From positions 13,020,001 through 13,084,000 of the forward strand of contig JBNRSN020000022.1 in the NCBI GenBank assembly GCA_051313645.2: a DNA stretch of 64,000 nt, read 5' to 3'. Made by a program: the position numbers and the translations under genes. Within the stretch, counting starts at the first letter, position 1. Each line of letters begins with the position of its first letter. Shown here one piece after another: positions 11,746 to 23,755 of the stretch. This stretch comes from Centroscyllium fabricii (taxonomy: Eukaryota). The notes under the pieces were generated by a model, which was given only the letters and a program-made list of their open reading frames with translations, made no database searches and had not been told where the DNA came from.

Positions 11746-13913
11746 AATTTTAAAATCTTTTTTCCTCCTGCACCACTGCTCGCTCTTCCAATGCACCCTT
11801 CCGCCAGCTCCCAGACCCCTATATAGTGCAGACAGACAATTCTTCCTAGTGCCACTCAAGGTGCACAAAAATAATCTTGCACCGTGATTTTTCTCCCCCT
11901 CCGGAGAAATGCCCCTCTCTAAGTGCTTTGCCGTGTGTGACTCCAGGTGTAAAACTAGTCTGTGGTACAGTGCACTGAAACATCAACACGCTGCTTTGCC
12001 ACACCACCTGCTTTCATAGCTTGTGAAACGACAAGAGTCAAGGCTCGTCCATCGATGTCGCTAGGAATATAGGAACAGGAGTAGGCCATTCAGCCCCTCA
12101 AGCCTGTTTCCCCCCATTCAATTAGATCACGGTCGATCCATATCTCGACTCCATCTACTAGCTTTGGGTCCTAATACCGAGGGCTTCAGTCGAGAATTGC
12201 AGACAGATAGTCACAGGCATCCACGCTCATAGGCATCCATGCCAAGAACATTCCAAGCTCAACTGGTTAGATATGCCAGTAATTCTTTTGAAATCCTGAA
12301 AGTTTGAATGCTTACCATGACCATGGGTTCCCCCTGATTTTTATTACTGATGCAGCTGAATGCATGAAGATGGCAGTAGCTGAATTAGCCGCTTTAGCGA
12401 TCGAGTACGGCACGCTACATGGCTTAGGGCCCCAAGTTTATTTTTCCCTGCACTGTTCTGATGTGGTTTGAAGATCTTTTATCCCCGTCACTCTATAATC
12501 TAAGTAAATGCCCCTTACTGATTAACTCTGCTGGGATAGTATTTGTGGTCTGCAATATAAATATGCAACTACGGGTTACAGAACCTCCATTACACGCCAA
12601 GTACTGCCAACCCAGTTAACCGTTGTCAGTACCCTCAGACAGCAGCCAGTGGAGACAACCCTCATATTATAGCTCACAATTAACTTCTCTATCTTTGGCA
12701 CTTTAACAACAATTCCCACAGATTTAATATAATAAATGAGGAGCGCTCAGTTGCGAAAATCATGTTTAACTTTGGCACCAAGTACAAAGCTCTAACGTTT
12801 GAACCAAGTGTCGTGTGAAGTGATACCAGCGCAAAGGATGGGACTGGGAAATGGGCAGTAAACTACTACTAAATGTGTTGCTGTTTACAGCTGGAAGTTT
12901 TAATTGCTCAGCAAAAGCAATGTTTAAAATGGCTTCACTGAAGTTTGAAACTTTTTGAAAAGATCCTTCCGCTCCCATCTTCGCCCGATGCCACTGACAT
13001 GCCGAGGCACAGAATCTTGGGGAGAGGAGGACTCTTCCATTTTAACCAAACTGGCCAAAGACAATGAGTTTTGGTGGGCAACTCCACAACGGGAGGCATC
13101 ACATGGGGTGAATGGGTATTTCTGCACCACACAGGTACTGAGGACAATTGCCATGTGATCCTTAATGAACTTTAACCACTTCAACACTACAATCAGTATA
13201 TTAAAACCACACCTTTATATTAAACTAGCCAATCTCCTGTGGCACTGCTGCGGAAGCGGGGGGGGGGGGGAATAATTGGCTAGTGTATGCAGATTTAACT
13301 CCGTTGCATTTCAAAATCAGATATTCTGTCCCTATTTTTACATTTGCATCATAAATTCCCAAGCCCACATTAAAATAGAAAGTGCCTACGTAAACGTGTC
13401 ACACTGTAATTTCAGTCTCCCTCCCAGTGGTGGCGCCAAAGGAGAGTCCAAAGGTTAAATCTGGGACATTTATGAGGTTCAGTACCACATTAGGCAATTA
13501 ACCTAATAACCGAGCCATTGGGGAAGCTGTAAACAGCAATCTAAACAGTAAATATCACAGCTGCATAAGGAAAACAACCAGGAGCCACACTGTGACCTCA
13601 AAACACCATCGGGTCAGAGAGCTGAACTCAAAGGCATTTGTAATTAGATTTTATTTGGAGGCATTAATACACCTTGTATGGAACAAGTATTCAAATATAC
13701 CAAATTGCAATTTGTTCTCTCACCAACAGTGGGATATGATAATTCTCTCAAATAACTAAGGAAATAAATGAGTAACAAGTCACGAGTGGATTACAAAAGG
13801 AAATATTTACCGAATCCCATCACTAAACAGCACAGATTGTGTTCGAGTGTATGACAGCGTCTGTGGTGGGCAGTAAATTTGGGATGGCATGGGCAATAGT
13901 GGTGACATAGGAG

Positions 13914-14527
13914 CAATGTTCCCTTTAGGGCGGCACAGTGGTTAGCACCGTTGCCTCACAGCACTAGAGACCCGGGTTCAAATCCAGCCTCGGGTGCTGT
14001 CTGTGTGGAGTTTGCACATTCTCCCCGTGCCTACGTGGGTTTCTCCGGGTGCTCCGGTTTCCTCCCACAGTCCAAAGATGTGCGGGTTAGGTTGATTGGC
14101 CATGATAAATTGACCCTTAGTGTTAAGGGATTAAATATGTGGGGTTCCGGGGATAGGGTGGGATATGTGTCGGTGCAGGTTCGATAGGGGTATGGGGACA
14201 AGGCAGGGACGGGGTACTGGAGGGGGATTAAATATGTGGGGTTACGGGGATAGGGTGGTATGTGTCGGTGCAGGTTCGATAGGGGTATGGGGACAAAGCA
14301 GGGACGGGGTACTGGGTTTGGATGATCAGCCTTGATCTCATTGAATGGCGGAGCAGGCTCGAAGGGCCGAATGGCCTACTCCTGCTCCTATCTTCTATGT
14401 TTCCTATCTTCTATGTTTAATGTTTTTTGGGCAGCACGGCCTATTCAAAATTTCACCCAAGTGCAGTTTTTCCATTTAAAAGCCGGACCTCCAGAGCACT
14501 GTGCGGCCGTGTTTAAAGGGAACATTG
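13914..14527. mobile_element. Short hAT-like MITE (TIR caatgttcccttta) interrupted by a V-SINE
   Basis: caatgttcccttta ... taaagggaacattg. Flanks cataggag/catagatt form a degenerate 8-bp TSD. Relatives at 40883-41026 and about 37588-37756. Confidence 0.65.
13928..14416 (+). mobile_element. HE1/V-SINE with an internal tandem duplication of about 96 bp
   Basis: tRNA head gggcggcacagtggttagc..gggttcaaatcc, V-domain gtgtggagtttgcacattctcccc, CR1-type tail, ttta TSD. Confidence 0.85.
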
Positions 14528-14914
14528 CATAGATTTGTGGAATGATGTGAACGGTCCAATCATTCTAGAGAAAGGAGGTACATTGTGGCTCATTTTGAAC
14601 AGGAACTGAAGGATCTCCCCATATATAATCACAAATTTTGCACGTGTATTTGATTAAATCAACATGCAAATTTTATGGTTTTTACATCAGCGCTTACAAA
14701 TGAAAGTGTTCCCCCCACTGCCCTGTTACTTTCTCTTGCTCTGGCTGACACCGACAATGGTAATTATTTAGAAGCTCAATTAATGAACTTTAACCACTTC
14801 AGCATCAAAATCTCTACACTAAATGCATATATTTCTATATCATGCCAACAGATGAGATCCTGCATGATATTACAGGGCAGGCAGACATAATCCAATTGCC
14901 ATTTTAAAGTCATA

Positions 14915-15610
14915 GGGGGCTAAATTGGTCAGCACACGATTTCTGGCACTAAAATGGGCGCAGCGTTAAAATTAGAGCCAGCGCTAAATTAGCGCAGAGG
15001 CGGCCGATTTGGCGTTGGTGCCGTCGTTGCAGATTTCGCCGCTAATTCACATCTTGCACGGCTTCCAGGCGGTCAATATCTTGGTGCTAATGGCTGTCCC
15101 TGGGCGCAGCGCTCCCTCACTAACTGCTTGCTTCCCCATGGCCTCTGCAGCCGATTAGGTCTTAAAGGGGAAGCAGAGCAGCATCTTTCCCTCCCCGCTC
15201 TCTGATCAGCTGCCGATCACGGGCCTCCCTCCCCGCACTCTGATCAATTGGCCGATCGGGACGCCTCCCGCTTCCCTGAGCAACTGGCCGATCTCGGGCC
15301 GAAGAGGGAGGGTGGCCCTTTTAGCAGCGCTGCAGTGGCCACTCACACCCGCTGCAGCGCTTGCAAAAGCTGGCGCTGATAACGCGGGGGGCGGTGGAAA
15401 GGCGCTAAACTCAATATCGGGCGCAGCCCACCGGGCGGGCGTTGCACACGCATTGTCACAGCAATTGGTGATCGCCAAGCGGCGCTGCGCTGTTTAGCAC
15501 CGGCGCGAAGCACAAGGCTAATTTAGCGCCCGGCGCTAATTTTGGCGCCGGCCCATTAGCACCCATTTTTGGCGCTAATGGGCCGGCGCTAAGCCGCCAA
15601 TTTCGCGCCC
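14915..15610. mobile_element. GC-rich Harbinger-like MITE
   Basis: Termini gggggctaaattgg ... ccaatttcgcgccc, TSD ata/ata, many tagcgcc subterminal repeats. Confidence 0.7.
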
Positions 15611-15768
15611 ATAGTATCATAAAGTACAGAAGCAGGCCATTCGGCCCAGCATGCCTGTGCAAGCTCTTTGACAGAGTTATCGAATTAGTCCCACTCTCCC
15701 GGCTCTTCCCTCAGAGCCCTGCACATCTTCCTTTTTAGTTAAGTATTCAATATTTTCAATGTTAAATA

Positions 15769-16239
15769 CAGGTTGAGCACCGTTAATCCGTTAACCGAAA
15801 AACCGGCAGCGTCGAACGTCCGGCAATAATTTCCCCGACTGCACCGCGCTTGCGCAAAATGGCCGCCGCGATTGATGCTTCGCCGAATGATCTGCGCATG
15901 CGCCGCCGAACAATGGTCTCTCCGAGCCAATAGCGGGCTGGGCCGCGACTCCCCGAACGCGGGCTGGGCCGCGACTCCCTGAACGCGGGCTGGGCCGCGA
16001 CTCCCCGAACGCGGGCCGGGACCATCCGAATGATGCTGGGCCGGGACTCCCCGATCGTGGGCCGGGACCCGCCGAACAATAGGCGCCTGCGCAGACCACT
16101 CTAACTGGCCGCCGGCCTTTCACGGTGGCCATTTTGAATAGTCCACGCATGCGCTCGCCGAAGCTTCAATCGTTCGGGATTTTCACTTTCCCGGCACTGG
16201 CCTGGTCCCCACCGTGCCGGATTAACGGTGCTCAACCTG
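15769..16239. mobile_element. pogo/Tigger-like MITE, copy D, with an internal tandem repeat of about 26 bp
   Basis: ta|caggttgagcaccgttaatccg ... ccggattaacggtgctcaacctg|ta. Confidence 0.88.
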
Positions 16240-16249
16240 TATATGCAAA

Positions 16250-16468
16250 TATTTCCATTATAAATTCCTCTGTCCACATTTATAACGGAATCTTCCCCCG
16301 TGACCTCTCCACGCTGTAATTACACATTCCCACAGTGGAGACGCAGCACCTCCATGGGCAGGAGGGTGTAATTACAGTGCGGCAAGGTTACTTGGACAGA
16401 TTTCATTATAAATGTGGATACGGAAATTTATAATGGAAAAAGTTCACAGGAGGTGCATGCAGATGCAA
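16250..16468. repeat. Old imperfect-hairpin (MITE-like) element; relatives at about 13330-13445 and 34966-35179
   Basis: tttccattataaatt..ccacatttataa / ttataaatgtgga..aaatttataatggaaa arms with paired tgtaattaca motifs. Confidence 0.6.
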
Positions 16469-17577
16469 GAGCAATATATTGAAACATTTATTACACATGT
16501 TATATTACATCTGCAATTTAAAAAAACTAGTCATTTCTTTCCAAGAAGTATTTATTTTACTTGTGGACAAATCCTCGGTATGCTTGCTGAATTAGGTACT
16601 GCTGCGTTTTGAGAACATTACCCACAGGGCCACTGTCCAGTACATGCTGTGCGACGTTCCACGGTAACAAGAGAATGCTCTGCAGTTGCTTTCCAACTGT
16701 ACAGAGAATCTGGAATCTTAAAAAATATTGTACACATTTTAAAGTAAAATACAAATATAGTGAACCTGCAACGTGCACACTACAACTGCCTGCCTTTTAA
16801 AAAATTTGTTTATGGGATGTGGGCGTCGCTGGCAAGGCCTGCATTTGCTGCCCATCCCTAATTTCCTTTGAGAAGGTGGCGGTGAGCCGCCTTCTTGAAC
16901 GGCTGCAGTCCGTGAGATGAAGGTGCTGTTAGGGAGGGAGTTCCAGGATTTTGAACCGACGAAGGAGTGGCGATATAATTCTAAGTCAGGGTGGCGTGTG
17001 ACATCTGCCCACCCACCAGTTTCAATGGGACCCATCAATGTGCAATCATCATCCCACTGCACACCAACCTCCTGACTTAAATCGACCTGGCAGCTGTGGA
17101 GAGAATAAATTCCGTTCATGTTATTTGCACCATTCCTATCTTCACTCCGACAGTGGCTGCTCCAATGTATGTTCCCCTGCTGCTGCTACACTCCAGTGTT
17201 CTGCTGAACCGCCACTTAGAAACCTAGCAAGAGCCAATAAAACCCCATCCGAACTACGACAGACAGACTGGAGCAAGAGCTGAAATCGAAACCTCCAACC
17301 TCGCTCACTGATCACCAGGCAAGCTACGAGGAGGCAACCAAATTACCTTAAAGATGAAGGGGTAGCATTTCCTCCGAGTGCAATCTGCAATCCGGGCACA
17401 AACTGCGCTCAAAATTGCTCTAGTTTTCTGAAGCGAAGTTATGGTTCAAGTTTCCGCCCAAACGCATTTGTAGAATCAAACTTAAAATCTTCAATGAACC
17501 AGTGCAATCGGTCAGCATTAGACATTGTAACGGTTTATATTATTTTTCCCTTGCACTGAAATATATTCCTTGATGTA

Positions 17578-18655
17578 CAGGAAACTCTGGTATCTGGCGT
17601 GTTGCCAGTTGAGCAAAAATTCCGGATGACCGAGAGGGTTATCTACTGAGGCTTTTTTTAAAACAAAGAATTTTTATTTATTTTTTTTAATCAAGAAATG
17701 TGCAGTATACAGTAATTGGGTACTCACCTACAGAATGTTGTGTTAAATGGATGGTGGAAGATGCTTGATTAAGTACAGTACTGCCAGTTGAGGGTAATGC
17801 AATGCAATGACGACCAGCAGTGTGGGAGACACATGGGGCGAAAAATTGGCGCCTTAGCGCCGACCCATTAGCACCGGAAATCGCCGCTAATGGGCGAGCG
17901 CCGACGTAGCGCCCAAATTAGCGCCAAATTGGCATGGTGGTTAGCGCCGGCACTAAACGTTAAGCGCTGCGCCGCCTGATGATCAACAATCGTCGTGGCA
18001 ACGCGTGTGCAAAAGCCGGCAGCGGCGGCCCACCAAGACGCCACTGATCAGAGAGCCGCCCCCCCTCCCCGCTCTCTCCGAGATGCAACTGCTCAGTCTG
18101 CACGGAGAACAGCTGCTGCTCCCCCTTTAATGCCTCATCAGCTGCAGAGGCGAAGGGGAAGCAAGCAGTTAGTCAGGGAGCGCGGTGCCCGGGAACGGCC
18201 ATTAGCGCCGGGATATTAGCCGCCTGACTATCTTGCAAGGCGACAATTTGCGCCAAAATCTTCAAGGCCGACACTAGCGTCAATTGCGGACCTGTCGGCG
18301 CTAATTTAGCGCCGTCGCTAAATTTTTGCACAGCGCCAAATTTAGCGCCCATTTTGTGCGCCGACGAATTTTTTGGCCATAGTACCCCTGTAAAATGGTG
18401 GATCAGAAGAGACTACCGGCAGCTCGGGAGAGTCTGACTCCTGTTACAGGAGGATTGAGGTGTTCAGACTTCCGACAGCGCCAAGAAGCCGAGTAGTGGC
18501 AGTTTGGAGAACTACCCCCACTGACTAACTTGGCCACCGCGGGAGACTCGGACTTGTCAACATTGCCAGTTGTTGGTGTTATTTTCAGCGTTAGAATTTT
18601 GCCGGTTAATAGAGAATTCTGGATATTTAGGTGCCGTTTAAACGAGAGTTTCCTG
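17578..18655. mobile_element. Tc1/mariner (pogo-like) non-autonomous element
   Basis: ta|caggaaactct ... agagtttcctg|ta. Confidence 0.75.
17836..18378. mobile_element. GC-rich Harbinger-like MITE, same family as 14915-15610 but inverted
   Basis: gggcgaaaaattggcg ... cgaattttttggcc; homologous to the reverse complement of 14915-15610. Confidence 0.7.
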
Positions 18656-19417
18656 TATTTAATAGTAAACTGTGCTGTTTTATTAATTATTAATTAATTA
18701 TTAATACAGCTGAAAGAGATTTTCACAAAAAATAAGCATTTTAATCAGTGTCCAGTCCACTGCCTGTGAGTAAGCAGATTTAAAAATCACCAAAAATGAC
18801 AAACATTACACAGAACCATTTACTAGTTTCATTGGTGTACACTAGTCATTTTATAAGTAAATTACGTAAATGTTTTGCTATCAAAAAGGTTCGTATTAGT
18901 GTCCTTGCGCCTAAAAAAAGCTTAAGAGTTTCGATGGGCTGCAAATGGGTGCAATTAGCAGAAACTCGCCATGCTGATTAATTAGGTCGGGGGGGCATGG
19001 CCAGTGTTATGGGCGGGGCTGACTTCCAGCACAAAAGGTCGCGGAAACTCGATTTACGCTGGACGTAACTTGCGCTAGAAATCACTCCTTTTTTGCGCTG
19101 GTTCGGCCGATTACAGGCGAATGGCGCTGGTTTTAGCAGAAATTCTACCTCTAGATTTCCAGCAAGTGTTGAACTACAGCTTTCAGCCATGAAAAGAAAA
19201 TGTCGTCTTTCAAAATCCAGGGAAAACACCTCCCTGCCTCACCCTGCTCTTCTACCGCTTGTTGGCCTAACCTAGTAGAGAGTATGACCAATAATACCTG
19301 GATGTCTAAAATAGCTCTCTCACTGGGAATGCAGAATTTGTTCCACCATTCCCACAATACCAACACAGCATCAACAAAACTGGAAATCTGGACCCAACAG
19401 CCTCACATCCTCCTCTG

Positions 19418-19688
19418 AAACATAGAAGATAGGAGCAGGAGTAGGCCATTCGGCCCCTCGAGCCTGCTCTGCCATTTGATGAGATCATGGCTGATCATCC
19501 AAATTCAGTACCCTTCTCCCCATATCCCTTGATACCTTTAGCTCTAAGAAATATATCTAACTCCTTCTTAAATATATTTAATGACTTGGCCTCAACTACA
19601 TTCTGTGGTAGAGAATTCCACAGGTTCACCACTCTCTGGGGGAAGAAATTCTTCCTCATCTCAGTCCTAAATGGCTTTCCCTTATCCT
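19418..19688 (-). mobile_element. CR1/HER1-like 3' fragment
   Basis: ORF KGKPFRTEMRKNFFPQRVVNLWNSLPQ followed by the tail. Confidence 0.85.
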
Positions 19689-20286
19689 TAGCGGATTCCT
19701 GTCTTTGCCCAATTTTCACATTTGTCACCAGAGTACATTCTGTAGTGGGAATCCTTTGCTGCGTGGCCCCTGCCTAACCAGGCAAACTCGACCTTTGTGA
19801 CTTTTTTGATCTGAATGTTTTGGTGCCACGCTGTGCATTGCATTTACGCACCGAGGCACTGGGTGGGAACAGCCCTTGCACAGTGATTACTGGCAGTTCT
19901 CGGCGTCAACTGTTCCTGTAACAGTTATTAAAACCTGTGAAGATACATTTCCTCTATTGACACAGGAAATGATATTTTCACACATGGAAAATGCTGGCTG
20001 AGATACCGTGTGAACTTACCGAGGGTTATATTGTTCACAGGTCACAAGTGGGCCTGTATTTCAGAGTACTGAACATTATGGCTGTTTTTAGGGCCAGGAT
20101 GGAGGCAACCACAGAATGACTAAATTGGAAAATGTCACAAGCAGCTAAAAGAATGAACCTGCATTTCGATCACAACTTGCATATCACGGCTTTGGAACAT
20201 GTCAAAGTATATCACAATCGGTGAATCACTTCTGTAGGCAAACATAGCAGCCAGAAAGAAAAATTAACTTGTATTTTGATACAGTA

Positions 20287-20928
20287 CAGGTTGACCACCG
20301 GTAATCCGGCACGTGCCGGACCACTGAAAATTCCGAACCACTGAAGGTTGAAGAAGGGATCAAAAACTTACTGATTAGCAGAGCTACCTTGAGTGAGGGA
20401 ATGGCAGAGATAATTGATGGGGCTGAATTTGTGGTCAGAGGCTTCGCACGGGGAAATGCCACCGATCCACAAATAAATTGTCCGCCTACCTGGTGGTCCA
20501 GGAGGTACGGAGATCGTCGGTCCTGGGACTCTCCGGGTGCTGGCGGGTAGAGGCCCGCGTATCCCCGGGTGCAGGAGGATCGCGAGCGTCCCTGGGATCA
20601 CCTGGGCTGGCCTAACGAATGAGAGAAGGGAATCCCCATTCATTCTCATCGATATTCCGTATGTATGGAAACCCCATAAGAATGAATTGGAAGACCCCAG
20701 AAAATACACCTAGACATCAAATAAATAAAAATAATCACATTTAAAATGGCATTTAATTAAATATTTAAAAAATTTAATTTTTTGAAAAATAAATTTACAT
20801 GCTTTATAGCGGTAAATGGTGGCACCGCCGAGCGGCTGCTCCGCAAACTGCAGACCGCCAGTTTCAATTTGTGCCGGACCACTGAAGGTGCCGTACCATC
20901 GGGTGCCAGATTACTGGTGCTCAACCTG
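20287..20928. mobile_element. pogo/Tigger-like MITE, copy E, with about 470 bp of foreign interior
   Basis: ta|caggttgaccaccggtaatccggcac ... gtgccagattactggtgctcaacctg|ta. Confidence 0.8.
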
Positions 20929-20930
20929 TA

Positions 20931-21349
20931 GTAACTTTCAACAGCCTCAGGATGGACCAAAGCGCCTCCTAGCCAATGAATAATTCTAAAGCGTATGTGG
21001 GCGAACGTGGCCATCAATTTGCACACACCATGCAACAAGCAATGCGATAAATGATCAGTTAAATCAGCATTTGGTGCCGACGGCCTGGACGGCAGAAGCA
21101 CTCTCCAGCTCTTCTTTGAATAATGCGCTGGGTTCTTCCACATCTGCCTGAACAAGCAGACTATAAATGTCATCCAATAGACGGCACCTCCAGCAGCACT
21201 GGCTCAGTCAGCCAGGATTCTACACTCAAGTACCTGGAATCAGGCTTGAACCCACAACCTCAACAAACTGCATTTATATAGCGCCTTTCGCATAGAAAAA
21301 TGACCCACAGTGCTTCACAGAGGCGCGAGTGCTACTACTGAGCCAAGCT
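20931..21349 (-). mobile_element. Degenerate Deu-SINE-like SINE
   Basis: Reverse similarity to 8486-8924 (gacggcacctcc; cttgaacccacaacct; actgagcca). Confidence 0.6.
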
Positions 21350-21494
21350 GGTATTCTTTGGTACATGTGTAGATGGGGTGGTCGCGAGGGGATAAGAGCA
21401 TTTTAGATGGAAAATACTGTCCCACATTCGCAACATTGTTCTATTATAAAGAGTCACACAACACCAGGTTATAGTCCAACAGCTTTATTTGAAA

Positions 21495-21529
21495 TCACAA
21501 GCTTTCGGGGCACTGCTCCTTCATCAGGA
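21495..21529 (-). ncRNA. Minimal type I hammerhead ribozyme motif (degenerate)
   Basis: Reverse complement c-CTGATGA-a-ggagc agt gcccc-GAAA-gc-TT-gtga; bulged stem I and one stem II mismatch. Confidence 0.55.
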
Positions 21530-21539
21530 TGAAGTCACG

Positions 21540-21576
21540 TCACCTGACGAAGGAGCAGCGCTCCGAAAGCTTGTGA
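21540..21576 (+). ncRNA. Minimal type I hammerhead ribozyme motif
   Basis: tcac-CTGACGA-a-ggagc agc gctcc-GAAA-gc-TT-gtga; stems I and II pair perfectly and the stem III region aagctt is palindromic. Confidence 0.72.
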
Positions 21577-21825
21577 TTTCAAATAAAACTGTTGGACTTT
21601 TACCTGGTGTTGTGTGACTTCTTACAATTGTCCACCCCAGTCCAACACCGGCATCTCCACATCATGGCTCTTATAAAGAAGTCAGGCACTATGAAAATAA
21701 AAATCTAGCAATTGGGTGCCCAATGCCAAACTTAAAATAATGTGGAGGTGCCGGTGTTGGACTGGGGTGGACAATGCAAAAAGTCACACAACACCAGATT
21801 TATAGTCCAACGGTTTTATTTTAAA

Positions 21826-21863
21826 TCACAAGCTTTCGGAGCTTTTGCCCCTTCGTCAGGCGA
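21826..21863 (-). ncRNA. Minimal type I hammerhead ribozyme motif
   Basis: Reverse complement tcgc-CTGACGA-a-ggggc aaaa gctcc-GAAA-gc-TT-gtga; stems are kept through G-U pairs. Confidence 0.7.
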
Positions 21864-22313
21864 ACAAAGAGAGACTGAACTCAAAGATCACACATCGGGG
21901 GAGGGGAGACATCCGATCTCATACATCTAACCCTAGAGCACACAAAGGCATATTAGCATATTTTAACACCTCAGTCTGCGAACAATGAGACACAGTTGCA
22001 AGGGGGGTCAATGCTGTAAAACACACAATGATTTTTTTTAAAAAGAGGCAAAAAAAACACAAAAATGTCCCTTTAAAAAGAGGCAAAAAAACCACAAAAA
22101 TGTCCCTAGTCCGAATGACTCTACGTCAGGCGGGACATCAAAGCAGTCCAAGATTCTCCAACACATCAAAAGGGTGCAGTCGCAGGTCCAAACGCTAGTC
22201 TGCTGTAAATCCCACAGAATGACTTTTTTAATAAAAACCATGATTTTTCTTAATCAAAATCGCAGAGCAAGCCGAAGATGGTTCGGGTCTGGACAACTCC
22301 ACGCCAGGCGGGG

Positions 22314-23755
22314 TCACATGTAGCGTGACATAAATCCAATATCACGGTTGAGGCCGTGCTCATGGGTGTGGAACTTGGCAATCAGCCTCTGCTCGACGAT
22401 TTTGCGTTGTCGTGTATCTCGAAGGCCACCCTGGAGAATGCTCACCCGAAGATCTGAAGCTGAATGTCCTTGACCGCTGAAATGTTCCCCGACTGGGAGG
22501 GAACACTCCTGCCTGGCGATTGTTGCGCGGTGCCCGTTCATCCGTTGTCGTAGTGTCTGCATGGTCTCGCCGATGTACCATGCGCCGGGGCATCCTTTCC
22601 TGCAACGTATGAGGTAGACAACATTGGTCGAGTTACATGAGTATGTACCATGCCATGTACCTGGTGTGTTGTGTCCTCACGTGTGATGATGGTATCTGTG
22701 CTGATGATTTGGCATGTTTTGCAGAGGTTGCTGTGGCAGGGTTGTGTGGTGTCGTGGTTGCTGTTCTCCTGAAGGCTGGGTAATTTGCTGCGAACTATGG
22801 TCTGTTTGAGGTTAGGCGGCTGTTTGAAGGTGAGTAGTGGAGGCGCGGGGATGGCCTTAGCGAGGTGTTCGTCATCATCAATGACATGCTGAAGGCTGCG
22901 AAGAACATGGCGTAGTTTCTCCGCTCCGGGGAAGTACTGGACGACAAAGGGTACTCCGTTGGTTGTGTCCCGAGTTTGTCTTCTGAGGAGGTCTATGCGA
23001 TTTTTCGTTGTGGCCCGTCGGAACTGTCGATCGATGAGTCGAGTGTCATACCCCGTTCTTACGAGGGCGTCTTTCAGTGTCTGTAGGTGTCTGTCGCGTT
23101 CCTCCTCATCTGAGCAGATCCTGTGTATTCGCAGGGCTTGTCCATAGGGGATGGCTTCTTTAACGTGGTTCGGGTGGAAGCTGGAGTAGTGGAGCATCCT
23201 GAGGTTGTCCGTGGGTTTGCGGTAGAGGGAAGTGCTGAGGCGTCCGTTTTTGATGGAGATTCGTGTGTCCAAGAATGAAACCGATTCTGAGGAGTAGTCC
23301 ATGGTGAGTTTGATGGTGGGATGGAACTTGTTTATGTTATCGTGTAGTCTTTTCAGTGATTCTTCACCGTGGGTCCACAGGAGGAAAATGTCGTCGATGT
23401 ATCTGGTGTATAGCGTTGGTTGGAGGTACTGTGTAGCGAAGAAGTCTTGCTCGAACTTGTGCATGAAGATGTTGGCGTACTGGGGTGCGAATTTGGTCCC
23501 CATGGCTGTTCCGTGTGTTTGGGTAAAAAAATTGTTGTCGAAGGTGAAAACATTGTGGTCAAGGATGAAGCGGATGAGTTGTAGGATGATGTCTGGAGAT
23601 TGGCTGTTGTTGGTGTTGAGTACTGAAGCTGTCGCAGCGATGCCGTCATCGTGGGGGATACTGGTGTAGAGTGCCGAGACGTCCATCGTGGCAAGGAGTG
23701 TTCCTGGTTCAACTGGTCCGTGGGTGCTGAGTTTTTGTAAGAAGTCTGTAGTGTC
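22314..23755 (-). pseudogene. Penelope RT/GIY-YIG ORF remnant with a single 5-bp frameshift
   Basis: Open frame from DTTDFLQKL to HQVHG. A catgg duplication at about 22648-22657 shifts the frame before TYSCNSTNVVYLI; the ORF ends IGFMSRYM*. Confidence 0.88.

Larger units (their letters stand above)
17359..19151. mobile_element. Old Harbinger-like element that hosts nested insertions
   Basis: Termini ggggtagcattt ... aaattctacctc. Confidence 0.45.
21452..21665. mobile_element. Penelope-like pLTR fragment arranged as an inverted pair
   Basis: Arms at about 21452-21528 and 21543-21619 are reverse complements. Flanked by ttataaaga(a)gtca on both sides. Confidence 0.85.
21740..23755 (-). mobile_element. 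Penelope-like retroelement, 5'-truncated (RT + GIY-YIG + 3' pLTR)
   Basis: RT motifs DVSALYTSIP, GTAMG, YIDD, FLD; GIY-YIG VVYLIRC..WYIGET..R; pLTR with hammerhead at about 21740-21900. Confidence 0.92.

Noticed and set aside
12766-13187. Overlapping short ORFs in unique DNA as a nested gene
   Set aside because: No recognisable homology and no consistent splice or frame support; a BLASTX or RNA-seq hit would be needed.
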